A program made the translations under genes and the position numbers. From Chitinophaga pinensis (GTDB taxonomy: Bacteria > Bacteroidota > Bacteroidia > AKYH767-A > OLB10), in NCBI GenBank assembly GCA_943332105.1, contig CALQOD010000001.1, positions 79,014 through 143,013 of the forward strand: a DNA stretch of 64,000 nucleotides, written 5' to 3'. Below the pieces are notes generated by a model. It made no database searches, was not told the DNA's origin, and worked only from the letters and a program-made list of their open reading frames with translations. Below, piece after piece: positions 41,348-51,521 of this stretch; within the stretch, counting starts at the first letter, position 1; each line of letters starts with the position of its first letter.

Positions 41348-42565
41348 TTAATCTTTGGATTTTATTAAATGGCCCATCTTATCTCTTTTAGTTTTTAGAT
41401 AAAATTCATTATGCTCATTAGATTCTATTTCTATTGGAACGCGTTCGATTATTTCAATTCCGTAACCAATCAATCCTGCTCGTTTAGTGGGGTTGTTCGA
41501 CATTAATTTCATTTTAGCAATTCCCAAGTCGCGAATTATTTGCGCGCCAACACCATAATCTCTTTCATCCATTTTAAATCCAAGTTGCAAGTTAGCTTCA
41601 ACAGTATCCAATCCTTCTTCCTGCAATTTGTAAGCTTTTAATTTATTTAACAAACCAATCCCTCTTCCTTCCTGATTCATGTAAACAATTGCGCCTTTAC
41701 CTTCCGCTTCAATTTTCTTCATGGCTTGATGCAATTGCGAACCGCAATCACAACGACATGATCCAAAAATATCTCCTGTTAAACAAGATGAATGTACTCG
41801 AACTAGTATCGGTTCATCTTTTGCCCATTCACCTTTTACCAATGCCAAATGCTCTTGACCTGTATTTAACTGCGTATAGGCAACAAGTTTAAAATCGCCA
41901 AATTTAGTTGGCATATCAACTTCGATATTTTTTTGAATTAGCGTTTCATTTGCTAATCGGTACTTGATTAGCGCCTCAATAGAAATAATTTTCATATTAA
42001 AGCGAGCAGCAATTTCCATTAACTCAGGAAGACGTGCCATTGACCCATCTTCATTCATAATTTCCACGATTGTTCCAGATGGATAGAAGCCTGCTAATTC
42101 AGCTAAATCCATAGAAGCTTCTGTATGACCAGCCCTTCTTAACACACCCCCTTTTTTTGCTTTCAAAGGAAATATATGACCTGGTCTACCGAGATCGTTA
42201 GGTTTAGTTTGATTGTTTATTAATGCAAGAATTGTTTTAGACCTATCTGATGCTGAAATACCTGTTGTACATCCATGACCTAAGAGGTCAACTGAAACCG
42301 TAAATGCCGTTTCATGCGATGCTGTATTATTATTTACCATCATTGGCAATTGCAATTCTTCGCAACGGGACTCAGATACAGAAACACAAATCAGCCCTCT
42401 ACCATGAGTAGCCATAAAATTAACTACTTCAGGAGTTGCACTTTGCGAAGAAATTAAAAAGTCACCTTCGTTTTCACGATCCTCGTCGTCTACAACAATA
42501 ATAATCTTTCCCTCTCGCAGATCCTGCAAGGCTTCATCAATCGTATTTAATTTAAAGCTTCCCAT
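41348..42565 (-). CDS. ribBA: Bifunctional 3,4-dihydroxy-2-butanone-4-phosphate synthase / GTP cyclohydrolase II
   Basis: DHBP synthase motifs ([15 protein letters not shown]) and the GTP cyclohydrolase II zinc motif ([15 protein letters not shown]). Start MGSFKL at complement 42565. Confidence 0.85.
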   Translation of the reverse strand: MGSFKLNTIDEALQDLREGKIIIVVDDEDRENEGDFLISSQSATPEVVNFMATHGRGLICVSVSESRCEELQLPMMVNNNTASHETAFTVSVDLLGHGCTTGISASDRSKTILALINNQTKPNDLGRPGHIFPLKAKKGGVLRRAGHTEASMDLAELAGFYPSGTIVEIMNEDGSMARLPELMEIAARFNMKIISIEALIKYRLANETLIQKNIEVDMPTKFGDFKLVAYTQLNTGQEHLALVKGEWAKDEPILVRVHSSCLTGDIFGSCRCDCGSQLHQAMKKIEAEGKGAIVYMNQEGRGIGLLNKLKAYKLQEEGLDTVEANLQLGFKMDERDYGVGAQIIRDLGIAKMKLMSNNPTKRAGLIGYGIEIIERVPIEIESNEHNEFYLKTKRDKMGHLIKSKD

Positions 42566-42753
42566 TTTATTTTTTCGTGATTGCAAAATTACAAATTTGA
42601 CTTGTTTTATTTTGATTTTATCCAAACATAAATCAAAATAAAAATCTTTTATCGAAAATGTAACCAATTAGGGAAGGGCGACGTTGAACAACTCGGATTT
42701 AGGTAATAAGTCTATCGTTCTAAAAAAGATAATGTTTGGTTTTAAAGTTTAAT

Positions 42754-42974
42754 GAACCCCGTAAGGTTCCTTAAACAAAAGGCCAATAACAATAAAAACA
42801 TTTTGCCCCGTAAGGTAAGATTAAGTGATTTTGGTCTTAAGGTTAAATGTCTAGATAGTAGCCCCGTAAGACTACTATCAAAAGACAACTTGATAAGAAG
42901 AAAAAATCAGTAATCAAGAAAATGGTTAGCTTTTTATGTTGAATGTCAGTAATGAGGTAACCCCGTAAGGCTAC
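42754..42974. repeat. Array of four imperfect direct repeats, each carrying a CCCCGTAAG(G) hairpin (5-6 bp stem), in the ribBA upstream region
   Basis: The copies read gaaccCCGTAAggttc (42754-69), ttgccCCGTAAggtaa (42803-18), tagtagCCCCGTAAGActacta (42856-77) and gtaaccCCGTAAggctac (42957-74). Their flanks are related (tttggt(t/c)ttaa(a/g)gtt(t)aaatg; aaaatggttag(c/g)ttttta). Confidence 0.7.
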
Positions 42975-43087
42975 TTCGGACTGACTAAAACTAAAGTTAA
43001 GAAAGAAAATGGTTAGGTTTTTAGGTTAATATCTGATGGGGAGCTTGTCTCCCCTCTGATATTTTAAAGACTGAAGCTGTAAAAAAC

Positions 43088-43117
43088 AAAAAGTCCAGAT
43101 ATTGTCTGGACTTTTTT
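43088..43117. terminator. Bidirectional rho-independent terminator (serves the minus-strand FAH gene)
   Basis: aaaaaGTCCAGAtattgTCTGGACtttttt. A 7-bp GC-containing stem is flanked by A-run and T-run sequences and begins 3 nt beyond the FAH stop. Confidence 0.7.
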
Positions 43118-43119
43118 AT

Positions 43120-44142
43120 TTAATGTTTTTTCTTTTTAAGATTCAGAATTGAAAAATCAGAATTTTCTTTTTTAATAGTGTTTTGCAAACAGCCTAATCC
43201 ATCAATCGACATTTCCACTACATCACCTTCCTGAAGCCATTGAACTGGATAATTTGGATCGCTTAACTTCCCTGTTCCATTCAACTCGAGGAAGCACCCT
43301 GTTCCAACGGTACCTGAACCGATCACATCACCAGGAAAAATATCTGCTCCATACGCACATCTTTCTATTATTTCCGCAAAAGTCCAATCCATATCTTCCA
43401 TATTCCCTTCGCTAACTTGTATACCATTGACCCAACATTTCATACTTAGATTGTAATTATTGCCTTGATGGCCATTTTTAGCTTGAACCTTAAATGGCAT
43501 TAACTCATCAGGCGTTACCATATACGGACCAATAACAGTTGAAAAATCTTTCCCTTTGGCTGGACCTAAATTAAGCTTCATCTCTTCAATTTGTAAAAGT
43601 CGCGCCGAAACATCATTCATGATCATATAGCCAGCAATATATTGGTCTGCGTCTTTGGCTTTTACATTTCTTCCTCGTTTTCCTATTACAACAGCCGCCT
43701 CTAATTCGAAATCCAATTGACGAAAATGATCGGGCATACAATAAACATCACCAGGACCTTGAATAGCATTATGATTTGTAAAATAAAAAATTGGATACTC
43801 GTCAAATTCAGGAATCATTTCGACCCCACGATTTCGTCTTGCAGCCGCCACATGTTGTCTAAAAGCATAGCCATCACGACAAGAAGCTGGCTCAGGAACA
43901 GGTGCTAACATTTTAACACTATTCCAATCCAACCCTGCTAGATCAACTTTACCTTCGATTATTTTCAACTCTACTTCGCGTGCAGAATCCATACTTTTCT
44001 CTTCCCCTTCAAGTAATTCTTTCATAGAAAATGGAGCGATTAAACCAAAAATGGTAGCTGTTTCTGCGTAAGGATAAATTTTACCGTTTACATAAAAGGC
44101 CACTGCGGGTCCTTTAGGTGTGTTAATACTGACTAATTTCAT
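43120..44142 (-). CDS. Fumarylacetoacetate hydrolase (FAH)-family protein (fumarylacetoacetase-like)
   Basis: 340 aa with a FAH-domain C-terminal half (DYEGELAVVIGK-like EAAVVIGKRGRN and metal-binding acidic residues). It is divergent from hmgA. Confidence 0.65.
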   Translation of the reverse strand: MKLVSINTPKGPAVAFYVNGKIYPYAETATIFGLIAPFSMKELLEGEEKSMDSAREVELKIIEGKVDLAGLDWNSVKMLAPVPEPASCRDGYAFRQHVAAARRNRGVEMIPEFDEYPIFYFTNHNAIQGPGDVYCMPDHFRQLDFELEAAVVIGKRGRNVKAKDADQYIAGYMIMNDVSARLLQIEEMKLNLGPAKGKDFSTVIGPYMVTPDELMPFKVQAKNGHQGNNYNLSMKCWVNGIQVSEGNMEDMDWTFAEIIERCAYGADIFPGDVIGSGTVGTGCFLELNGTGKLSDPNYPVQWLQEGDVVEMSIDGLGCLQNTIKKENSDFSILNLKKKKH

Positions 44143-44238
44143 ATTTTAAAAATTTGTAGACAAAAGTAACCAAAGGTTAAATTTGTCCGACTAAAAAATG
44201 AATATATTTCCGATATTCGCAACACATAAAAATTAATT

Positions 44239-45396
44239 ATGCCACAATACCACAAACAAGGTCAAATACCGCATAAGCGACATACTCAATTCAGAAATAA
44301 AGAAGGAAAGCTGTATGCAGAAGAATTAGTTTCCACACATGGATTTTCAAATATCTATTCTTTAATTTATCATTGCCACCCACCAACAATGGTTAAATCA
44401 TTGGGCGAACCCTTTTCAAGAGAGCCCAAAGTTGTAGCTCAGCGTTTTTTGAAACACCAAAGCTTTTTAGGATTTAACATACGAGCAGAAGATGACTATA
44501 TTGAAAGCAAGAAAGCTGTTTTAATCAATAACGACTTGCACATTTCATTGGCTGCACCAAAAAAATCTATTACAGATTATTTTCTAAAAAATGCAGATGC
44601 AGACGAGGTTATTTTCGTTCACAAAGGAGCAGGTGTACTAAAAACAATTTATGGAAATATTGAGTTCGGATATGGTGATTATTTAGTGATTCCTAGAGGT
44701 ACAATATTTCAAATACATTTCAACGACGAGGATAATCGATTGTTCATTGTAGATTCCTTTACAGCAATTGAATTTCCTAAGCGATATTTAAACACTTATG
44801 GTCAGTTTGAAGAGCACGCCCCAATGTGTGAACGAGATATCCGTCGTCCGGAAAATATGAAAACACATGATGAAGAAGGCGACTTTAGAGTAATGATTAA
44901 AAAACAGGGAATTGTATACCCTTACATTTATGCAACGCATCCTTTTGACGCAATTGGATGGGATGGAAACCTATACCCATATGCTTTCAATATTCAAGAT
45001 TTTGAACCTATAACCGGAAGACTTCATTTACCTCCGCCTATCCACCAAACATTTGAGGCACACAACTTTGTTATTTGCTCATTTGTTCCAAGGATGTACG
45101 ATTACCATCCTTTATCAATTCCTGCACCTTACAATCATAGCAATGTTGATTCTGATGAAGTATTGTACTATGTTGATGGCGACTTTATGAGCAGAAAATC
45201 AGTAACCCAGGGACAGATTACACTGCACCCTTCAGGAATTCCGCATGGCCCACATCCAGGAACCGTTGAAAAAAGTATTGGAAAGAAAGAAACTAAGGAA
45301 TTAGCCGTTATGATTGACACCTTTAAACCCTTATGGCTTACCGAAGAAGGAGTAAAAATCATGACTGATGACTACTATCGATCATGGATTGAATAA
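44239..45396 (+). CDS. hmgA: Homogentisate 1,2-dioxygenase
   Basis: 385-aa cupin-type HGD with MPQYHKQGQIPHKRHTQF and conserved His residues (HSNVDSDE, HPSGIPHGPHP). Confidence 0.8.
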   Translation: MPQYHKQGQIPHKRHTQFRNKEGKLYAEELVSTHGFSNIYSLIYHCHPPTMVKSLGEPFSREPKVVAQRFLKHQSFLGFNIRAEDDYIESKKAVLINNDLHISLAAPKKSITDYFLKNADADEVIFVHKGAGVLKTIYGNIEFGYGDYLVIPRGTIFQIHFNDEDNRLFIVDSFTAIEFPKRYLNTYGQFEEHAPMCERDIRRPENMKTHDEEGDFRVMIKKQGIVYPYIYATHPFDAIGWDGNLYPYAFNIQDFEPITGRLHLPPPIHQTFEAHNFVICSFVPRMYDYHPLSIPAPYNHSNVDSDEVLYYVDGDFMSRKSVTQGQITLHPSGIPHGPHPGTVEKSIGKKETKELAVMIDTFKPLWLTEEGVKIMTDDYYRSWIE

Positions 45397-45413
45397 TTAT
45401 GAATATCACCTTA

Positions 45414-45445
45414 ATAAACCAGGCTTAGTCCTGGTTTATTTATTT
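45414..45445 (+). terminator. Rho-independent terminator after hmgA
   Basis: aaACCAGGcttagtCCTGGTttatttattt. Confidence 0.6.
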
Positions 45446-45514
45446 CAAAATATATCGACAATTCAGTTCTAAAAAAATTGTTGAAAATTCATGCGAAAAA
45501 ATTAACGGAAAATG

Positions 45515-45544
45515 TTGTGTTATAATAGAATTTTTCTATTTTTG
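45515..45544 (+). promoter_or_regulatory. Candidate Bacteroidetes sigmaA-type promoter (-33 TTG / -7 TAnnTTTG) for the T9SS cargo gene
   Basis: TTG at 45515-17 is followed 19 nt later by TATTTTTG at 45537-44, about 30 nt upstream of the ORF. Confidence 0.4.
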
Positions 45545-45575
45545 AAAATTAACAATATCTGAGAATAAAAACACA

Positions 45576-48500
45576 TTGAAAAAAACCAAATACTTACTTA
45601 TGAAACGACTGATACTTACGCTTTTGTTATTCGTTAATGTAACGATGTTAAAGGCCCAGTTCACAGAGAACTTCGACGGACCAGGTCCTTATGGTCTAAC
45701 ATCAGCAGGAAACCCAGGCTGGAACATTGATGCTAGCTATTCTACTAGTGCCCCGAATTCTTACAGAGGGCGTTATGGAAATGGTCAGACGGTTACTTTA
45801 ACCAGCAACTCATTTTCAACAGCTGGAAACAACTATGTTGTTTTAAATTTCAAGCAAATTTGCAAGATCGAATTTACTGATACTGCAAAGATTGAAGTTT
45901 CGACAGATAATGGAGCAACATGGAACCAAGTAACAGGTACAAACAGTACTTACCTTGGTACTGCCGATTTTACCAACCAAGGAAATCGTTTCAGCGAGCT
46001 TTCTTATGGGATATGGGCGCCTGGAACACCAACAGCTCCTGCAGCAAATTGGTGGCAAAATGAAAGTTTTGACATATCTGTACTGGCGGCTAACGCACCT
46101 TCTGTTCAAGTTAGATTTACCATGGTTGACTTTAGCAGCAACAATGGATTAAATGGTAGATATGGATGGTTGTTAGACGATATTGATTTGATTGCATCTC
46201 CTTGCGAATTAATCCCTCCAACAATTGTTAATACTCCAGGATTCCCAACTTGGGTTAACGCAGTTTATAATACAGGTCCATATGATATTTATGCAAATAT
46301 CACAGACAATTCCCCTACACCAATTCAATTTGCAGATTTATTATTTTCAGTTAATAGCAGTCCTTACAGTTCAACAGGTGGTATGTTTTTATTCTACCCT
46401 GACACTACATGGTATGGTCAGTTATTCCCTGCTAACATAGGTGATACTGTTTGTTGGTATATTGATGCATATGATGGTTGTTTCAATATTGGCTCTTCAG
46501 ATACATCTTGTTTTATTGTGAGCGATGGTGCAAGTATTCCTTTCTGCGATGATTTCGAAAACCCATCTGGTTCTCAGCAATTATGGGGATTCAACACTGT
46601 AGCTGGTACTCCTTGGGAAATTGGCAATACATCAATTGTTACCCCACATGGAGGAGCTAATGTATTAGGATTCCCGCTTTCAGGTTCTTATTTAGATAAT
46701 AGTGAGGCTTATGTCACTACCCCTATTTGGGATTTCTCAAGTGTTTCACTAGCAAATATGACTTTCTGGCAAGTAACAAACCTAGAGAATAACTATGATG
46801 GGGTTGTATTGCAATTCTCATCAGATCCGACCGTATCAAATCCAACATGGACAACTATAGGAGTTCAAAATGACCCTAACGGTATCAATTGGTATAGTGG
46901 TACTATATCAGGTGCTACAATTGACGCTTGGACAGGTGTTGCAAACGGTACTAACTGGACAAAGTCTAGTTATAAGCTTGGAACAGTAACTGGCTTAATG
47001 GGACAACCAACTATACAATTCCGTTTCAAATTCGAATCTGATCTTAGTGTTCAGCGTTTAGGTTTCTGGATTGATGATTTCTGTGTGAATATCCCTTGCT
47101 CGGGTGATGTTGGAATTAACGCATTAAACTCTCCTTCTAATGGTACAGGTATTCCTGCTGGTCAACCGGTAAGTATTGACCTTACATTAGAAAACTACGG
47201 CACAGCACCACAATCAAATTTTGACTTTACCTACTCCGTTAATAGTGGTACTCCAGTAACTACTCAAATTGCAGGTCCTTTAAGTCCAGGAGCTCAGATT
47301 AACTACGTAATAAACTCAATTACTGCTCAGACAGGTGCATTTACAGTTTGTATGTGGACAGATTTAGCAGGTGATTGTGATCATACAAATGACAGTGTTT
47401 GTGTTAATTTAGTAGGTATCCCAACATTAACAGCTCCATTATGCGATGACTTTGAAAGTGGTAACCAAGGATGGTCAGCTCTTGTAGCACCAAATCAAAA
47501 TGCAGCTGACGTTTGGGAGTTAGGAACTCCAGGAACGATAAATCCTGGTGCGGCTTACTCAGGCACTAATGCATGGGACGTTAACCTAAATGCAGCTTAT
47601 GGCAACAACGACTTAACTTATTTGTATACTCCATACTTAGACATGAGTAACATCACTACAGGTGAATTAAAATTCGCATTGTATTATGATTCTGAATTAG
47701 GATGGGATGGTGTTATTTTAGAATATACAAATGATGGCGGAGTTACTTGGAATTATATTGCTAATGATCCTAATTGCGCTAGAAACTGGTATAATGAGAA
47801 CATTCCTTTAATGCCAAACTTTACTGCTTTAGATGCGTGGTCTGGTCTTAATTCAGGATGGATATTCCCTTCTTATAAATTATGTTGTTTAAATAATGTT
47901 TTAGGTAGTTCAACTGCTATTCAATTCCGCTTTACATTCTCTTCCGATGGTATTATCACCGGAACAGGTGGTGCTACAATCGATGACTTCTGTGTAACCG
48001 GAACAAATGGTAATGATGTTGGTATTACTGTATTAGGTGGTGGCATTAGTAATTATCCTGCAGGAACACCAGTATCATTAATCGCTACATTATCGAATGC
48101 AAGCGCAACACAAACGATTACTTCAATTCCTATTTCTTATACTACTTCAAGTGGTGCATCAGCATCATTTATTTGGACAGGCAATTTAGCGCCTTGCTCT
48201 AACTTAGATATTAATTTGCCTCCATTTAATATGGTTGCAGGTCCGGTTACAGTTACAGCTTGGACAGAATTACCTGGTGATGTAAATCTCTTGAATGATA
48301 CAGCATCTACCATTATATATGGTCAGCCAACTATTACTCCTACATTTACTAATTACTATTCTGATGATTTCGAAAATGGAAATATTGGTTGGGCTCCAGC
48401 AGCGGATCCTTTAGCATCAGCTGGTAATGCATGGGAATTTGGTACTCCAAACTTCGGAGTTACTACAGGTGCATATTCTCCTTCTACTTGTTGGGATATG

Positions 48501-50135
48501 AACTTAACAAGTGCAGTAGCAGGAGCTACTCAAGCTTACTTATACACTCCTTATTTCGATTTAACTAGTGCGGCTGGTGCAACACTACGTTTCATGCAAA
48601 ATCGTGATATGAATACTTTCGGCCCTGATTTCTATATTGAGTATTGCTTAAACAACAATAACACGTGGACTCGTTTACAACCTGCATTAACAACAGACGC
48701 TACCAACTGGTATAACAATGTTGATATTTGGGATGATATTTCAGGTGGTTGGATAAAGAGTGAAATCAAAAATTTAGAAAACGCAACTAATGGTGGTACA
48801 TCACCAAACTTAATTCAGTTCCGTTTTGTATACATAAACTTCTTCGGAACAATGGACGGAGTTTCAGTCGACAACTTCGAATTATTTGTACCAATTCCAT
48901 TATCAGTAACTCCAACAGTTGTAAATACTACAGTTCAAAATCAATTGTTATTCCCAGGTCAGCCAGTTAATTTCTCAGGTAACATTAAGAATAATGGTGT
49001 GTTTACTGTAAACAACCACATGGCTGTATTATCAATTGATGGCAATGTTGCTAGTTCAGATTTCGTTGACTATAGTTCAATTGGTGGCTTAGCTACTGAT
49101 AGCTCTAAGTTACATGCATTCAGCACTAACTGGATTGCTAGTCCTGGATACCATAAAGTATGTGTTTATACGTATGACCCTAACAACCAAACTGACAACT
49201 ACCAAATAGATGATACAGTTTGTATCAATGTATTAGTATTTGATTCAATAACTACAAGCCAACTACCTTACTGTACAGGATTTGAAAGTGGTAGCCAGTG
49301 GGTAACGGCTAACTCAGAGTCTTATGCTTATCAAGAGTCATGGCAAATGGGCAACCCTACTAAACCAATATTAAGTGGAACTCATGGTGGTGCAATGGCA
49401 TGGGCAACTGATTTAATTAGTAATTATACTAACATTGATTCAGCTGGATTATTCTCTGCTTTAGTGCGTGTTGAAGCTGGCCACTGCTATAAATTAGAAT
49501 TCTGGAATCGTTATAAAATGGAATATGGTGCTGATGGTGGTGGAGTTGATTACTCTGTTGACTACGGTCAATCTTGGAACAACGTAGATTATGCTGGCAC
49601 ACCAAATATTCAATTATATGGAGCTAGTCCTAATTACACTTATGTAACTGCATTAAATCCAAGCAGTCCAACTGTTTTAGGATTCACAGGAAACAGAACA
49701 AGCTGGTTCAAGACAGAAAAGACACTTGACCCAAGTACAAATACTCAAATGATTGTTCGTTGGAAGTTTGCTTCTGATTATTCAGCAGTTGATGAAGGAT
49801 GGGTAATTGATGATGTTTGTATCACTGACTTAGGATTATGTACTCCATTAGGTGTAAATGAAATTGCAGCTGACAACTTCGGATTAAGTCAAAACTACCC
49901 TAATCCATCAATTACAAATACAGCTATCGATTTTGTTATACCAGAATATGGTCAAGTTAACTTAACAGTTACAGATCTATTAGGACAAACAATAGCAGTA
50001 CTTGTGAATGGAAATGAGGGTGCTGGTTTACATACAGTATACTATAATACGGCTTACCTTTCTGAAGGAATGTATATGTACACTTTAAATTACAACGGAA
50101 AAACTGTTTCTAAACGAATGGTTATTACTAAGTAA
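45576..50135 (+). CDS. Large T9SS-secreted multidomain protein (five MAM-like / choice-of-anchor-J-like modules interleaved with CARDB-like Ig domains; C-terminal Por sorting domain)
   Basis: A signal peptide is followed by repeated modules that begin with C/YxDFENG..W..G and end at a GWxIDD motif. CARDB-like segments (DVGINALNSP, DVGITVLGG) lie between them. The C-terminal 80 aa (NYPNPSITNTAIDF...YMYTLNYNGKTVSKRMVITK) match T9SS CTD motifs. Confidence 0.7.
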   Translation: MKKTKYLLMKRLILTLLLFVNVTMLKAQFTENFDGPGPYGLTSAGNPGWNIDASYSTSAPNSYRGRYGNGQTVTLTSNSFSTAGNNYVVLNFKQICKIEFTDTAKIEVSTDNGATWNQVTGTNSTYLGTADFTNQGNRFSELSYGIWAPGTPTAPAANWWQNESFDISVLAANAPSVQVRFTMVDFSSNNGLNGRYGWLLDDIDLIASPCELIPPTIVNTPGFPTWVNAVYNTGPYDIYANITDNSPTPIQFADLLFSVNSSPYSSTGGMFLFYPDTTWYGQLFPANIGDTVCWYIDAYDGCFNIGSSDTSCFIVSDGASIPFCDDFENPSGSQQLWGFNTVAGTPWEIGNTSIVTPHGGANVLGFPLSGSYLDNSEAYVTTPIWDFSSVSLANMTFWQVTNLENNYDGVVLQFSSDPTVSNPTWTTIGVQNDPNGINWYSGTISGATIDAWTGVANGTNWTKSSYKLGTVTGLMGQPTIQFRFKFESDLSVQRLGFWIDDFCVNIPCSGDVGINALNSPSNGTGIPAGQPVSIDLTLENYGTAPQSNFDFTYSVNSGTPVTTQIAGPLSPGAQINYVINSITAQTGAFTVCMWTDLAGDCDHTNDSVCVNLVGIPTLTAPLCDDFESGNQGWSALVAPNQNAADVWELGTPGTINPGAAYSGTNAWDVNLNAAYGNNDLTYLYTPYLDMSNITTGELKFALYYDSELGWDGVILEYTNDGGVTWNYIANDPNCARNWYNENIPLMPNFTALDAWSGLNSGWIFPSYKLCCLNNVLGSSTAIQFRFTFSSDGIITGTGGATIDDFCVTGTNGNDVGITVLGGGISNYPAGTPVSLIATLSNASATQTITSIPISYTTSSGASASFIWTGNLAPCSNLDINLPPFNMVAGPVTVTAWTELPGDVNLLNDTASTIIYGQPTITPTFTNYYSDDFENGNIGWAPAADPLASAGNAWEFGTPNFGVTTGAYSPSTCWDMNLTSAVAGATQAYLYTPYFDLTSAAGATLRFMQNRDMNTFGPDFYIEYCLNNNNTWTRLQPALTTDATNWYNNVDIWDDISGGWIKSEIKNLENATNGGTSPNLIQFRFVYINFFGTMDGVSVDNFELFVPIPLSVTPTVVNTTVQNQLLFPGQPVNFSGNIKNNGVFTVNNHMAVLSIDGNVASSDFVDYSSIGGLATDSSKLHAFSTNWIASPGYHKVCVYTYDPNNQTDNYQIDDTVCINVLVFDSITTSQLPYCTGFESGSQWVTANSESYAYQESWQMGNPTKPILSGTHGGAMAWATDLISNYTNIDSAGLFSALVRVEAGHCYKLEFWNRYKMEYGADGGGVDYSVDYGQSWNNVDYAGTPNIQLYGASPNYTYVTALNPSSPTVLGFTGNRTSWFKTEKTLDPSTNTQMIVRWKFASDYSAVDEGWVIDDVCITDLGLCTPLGVNEIAADNFGLSQNYPNPSITNTAIDFVIPEYGQVNLTVTDLLGQTIAVLVNGNEGAGLHTVYYNTAYLSEGMYMYTLNYNGKTVSKRMVITK

Positions 50136-50154
50136 TTAAAGTAAAGCTCTACAA

Positions 50155-50192
50155 ATAAAAAACCCTGACTAAATAGTCAGGGTTTTTTATTT
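50155..50192. terminator. Bidirectional rho-independent terminator between convergent genes
   Basis: aaaaaAACCCTGACTaaatAGTCAGGGTTttttatttt. A 10-bp stem with A/T runs on both sides. Confidence 0.8.
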
Positions 50193-50240
50193 TATGCCAT
50201 TGGAACAATTAATTATGACTTATAATGCAATAAACGAAGA

Positions 50241-51521
50241 TTAAAAATTATCGCACAAAATAGAGCCGTTGATAGCCATCATTACCTTGCCTTTTAGCGT
50301 ACGATTTAAAAATGGCGTGTTGCGTGATTTTGATTTCAAATCATTTAAATCGTAAATGACTTCTGCTGCAGGATTAAACAATGTGAAATTTGCAACAGAC
50401 CCTGCTGTGATAGAAGGTATATGTAATCCTAGTATTGAACGAGGATTGATTGAAAGTACTTGTGCAATCTGATCAGGAGTGATTAATCCATCAAAAGCAG
50501 AGTTCAATACAGAATATGCTGTTTCTAAACCGATCATTCCAGGTGCTGCGTATTCAAATTCTACATCTTTCGATTCAATATCTTCCGGCGAATGGTCTGT
50601 TACTACACAGTCAATCGTTCCATCCAATAGTGCCTCCTTCAACATTTCTTTATCAGTAGTTCCTCTGAATGGAGGCTTAACTTTGTAATTACTATCAAAA
50701 GAATTTAATACCTCATCTGTAAAATATAAATGTGCAACATTCACCTCTGCAGTAACAGGTAATCCCATTTTCTTTGCCGTGCGAATCGCTTCGACCGCTT
50801 CTATAGAAGATACTCCACTACAATGTAAAGGCGTATTAGCATATTCAGCTAATCGAATATCCCGCTCTAATGCGATACCTTCTGCAATAGAGGGTGAACC
50901 TTTAAATCCTAATTTAGTTGTTACAGCACTTTCATTTGCTAACGAGTCACCTGAAAGCGATTTATCATCGGCATAAACAATCACCTTAGCACCAATATTA
51001 TCTGCGTACTGCAAACCTCTTAATAAGAGTCCGCTGTTGTTTATAGCCCTCTTATCATCTGTAAATATAACTGCTCCGCCTAATTGCATATCATACAATT
51101 CAGCAAGCTCCTTCCCTTCTCTATTTACGGTTAATGCGCCTGCTATATAAACGTCAACATTGCTATTCTTTGATTTACCAATTAAAAATTCAACATCCGC
51201 TCTCTTTTGTATTACCGGATTCACTGAAGGCATCAACAACACTGCAGTAAATCCTCCTTGAGCAGCAGCCGCTTGTCCGCTTTCAATTGTTTCTTTTTGT
51301 TCGTAGCCTGGCTCTCTAAAATTTGCTTTCATATCCAGCCAACCTGGTGAGATAAAAATACCGTCACAATTCTTCACATCTACATCCTTACTGTACTGTC
51401 TATCCGAAATATACTTATCAATTTCTATTACGCTACCATCAACAATTAAAATATCAACTTTTTTGCCGTTTAGCTCAGAACGATGGTCGGCAATAGTTAC
51501 TCCGTGAAATGCAATTTTCAT
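50241..51521 (-). CDS. pyrC: Dihydroorotase (amidohydrolase superfamily)
   Basis: 426 aa with metal-binding motifs (DMKANFREPG, HxH-equivalent region) and catalytic Asp near the C-terminus (VTDHSP). Confidence 0.7.
   Translation of the reverse strand: MKIAFHGVTIADHRSELNGKKVDILIVDGSVIEIDKYISDRQYSKDVDVKNCDGIFISPGWLDMKANFREPGYEQKETIESGQAAAAQGGFTAVLLMPSVNPVIQKRADVEFLIGKSKNSNVDVYIAGALTVNREGKELAELYDMQLGGAVIFTDDKRAINNSGLLLRGLQYADNIGAKVIVYADDKSLSGDSLANESAVTTKLGFKGSPSIAEGIALERDIRLAEYANTPLHCSGVSSIEAVEAIRTAKKMGLPVTAEVNVAHLYFTDEVLNSFDSNYKVKPPFRGTTDKEMLKEALLDGTIDCVVTDHSPEDIESKDVEFEYAAPGMIGLETAYSVLNSAFDGLITPDQIAQVLSINPRSILGLHIPSITAGSVANFTLFNPAAEVIYDLNDLKSKSRNTPFLNRTLKGKVMMAINGSILCDNF

Noticed and set aside
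42565-42760. An expected FMN riboswitch (RFN element) immediately upstream of ribBA.
   Set aside because: Reading both strands, I could not find the conserved RFN blocks (GGGGCAGGGUGAAAUUCCC...GGAUGGGAGA-like segments). The region is instead occupied by the CCCCGTAAGG hairpin repeats. A covariance-model search is needed to be certain.
42754-43063. A possible CRISPR array, given the repeated short hairpins.
   Set aside because: The repeats are imperfect (16-22 nt with mismatches), the spacing is irregular, the intervening sequences are themselves related to each other, and no cas genes are nearby.
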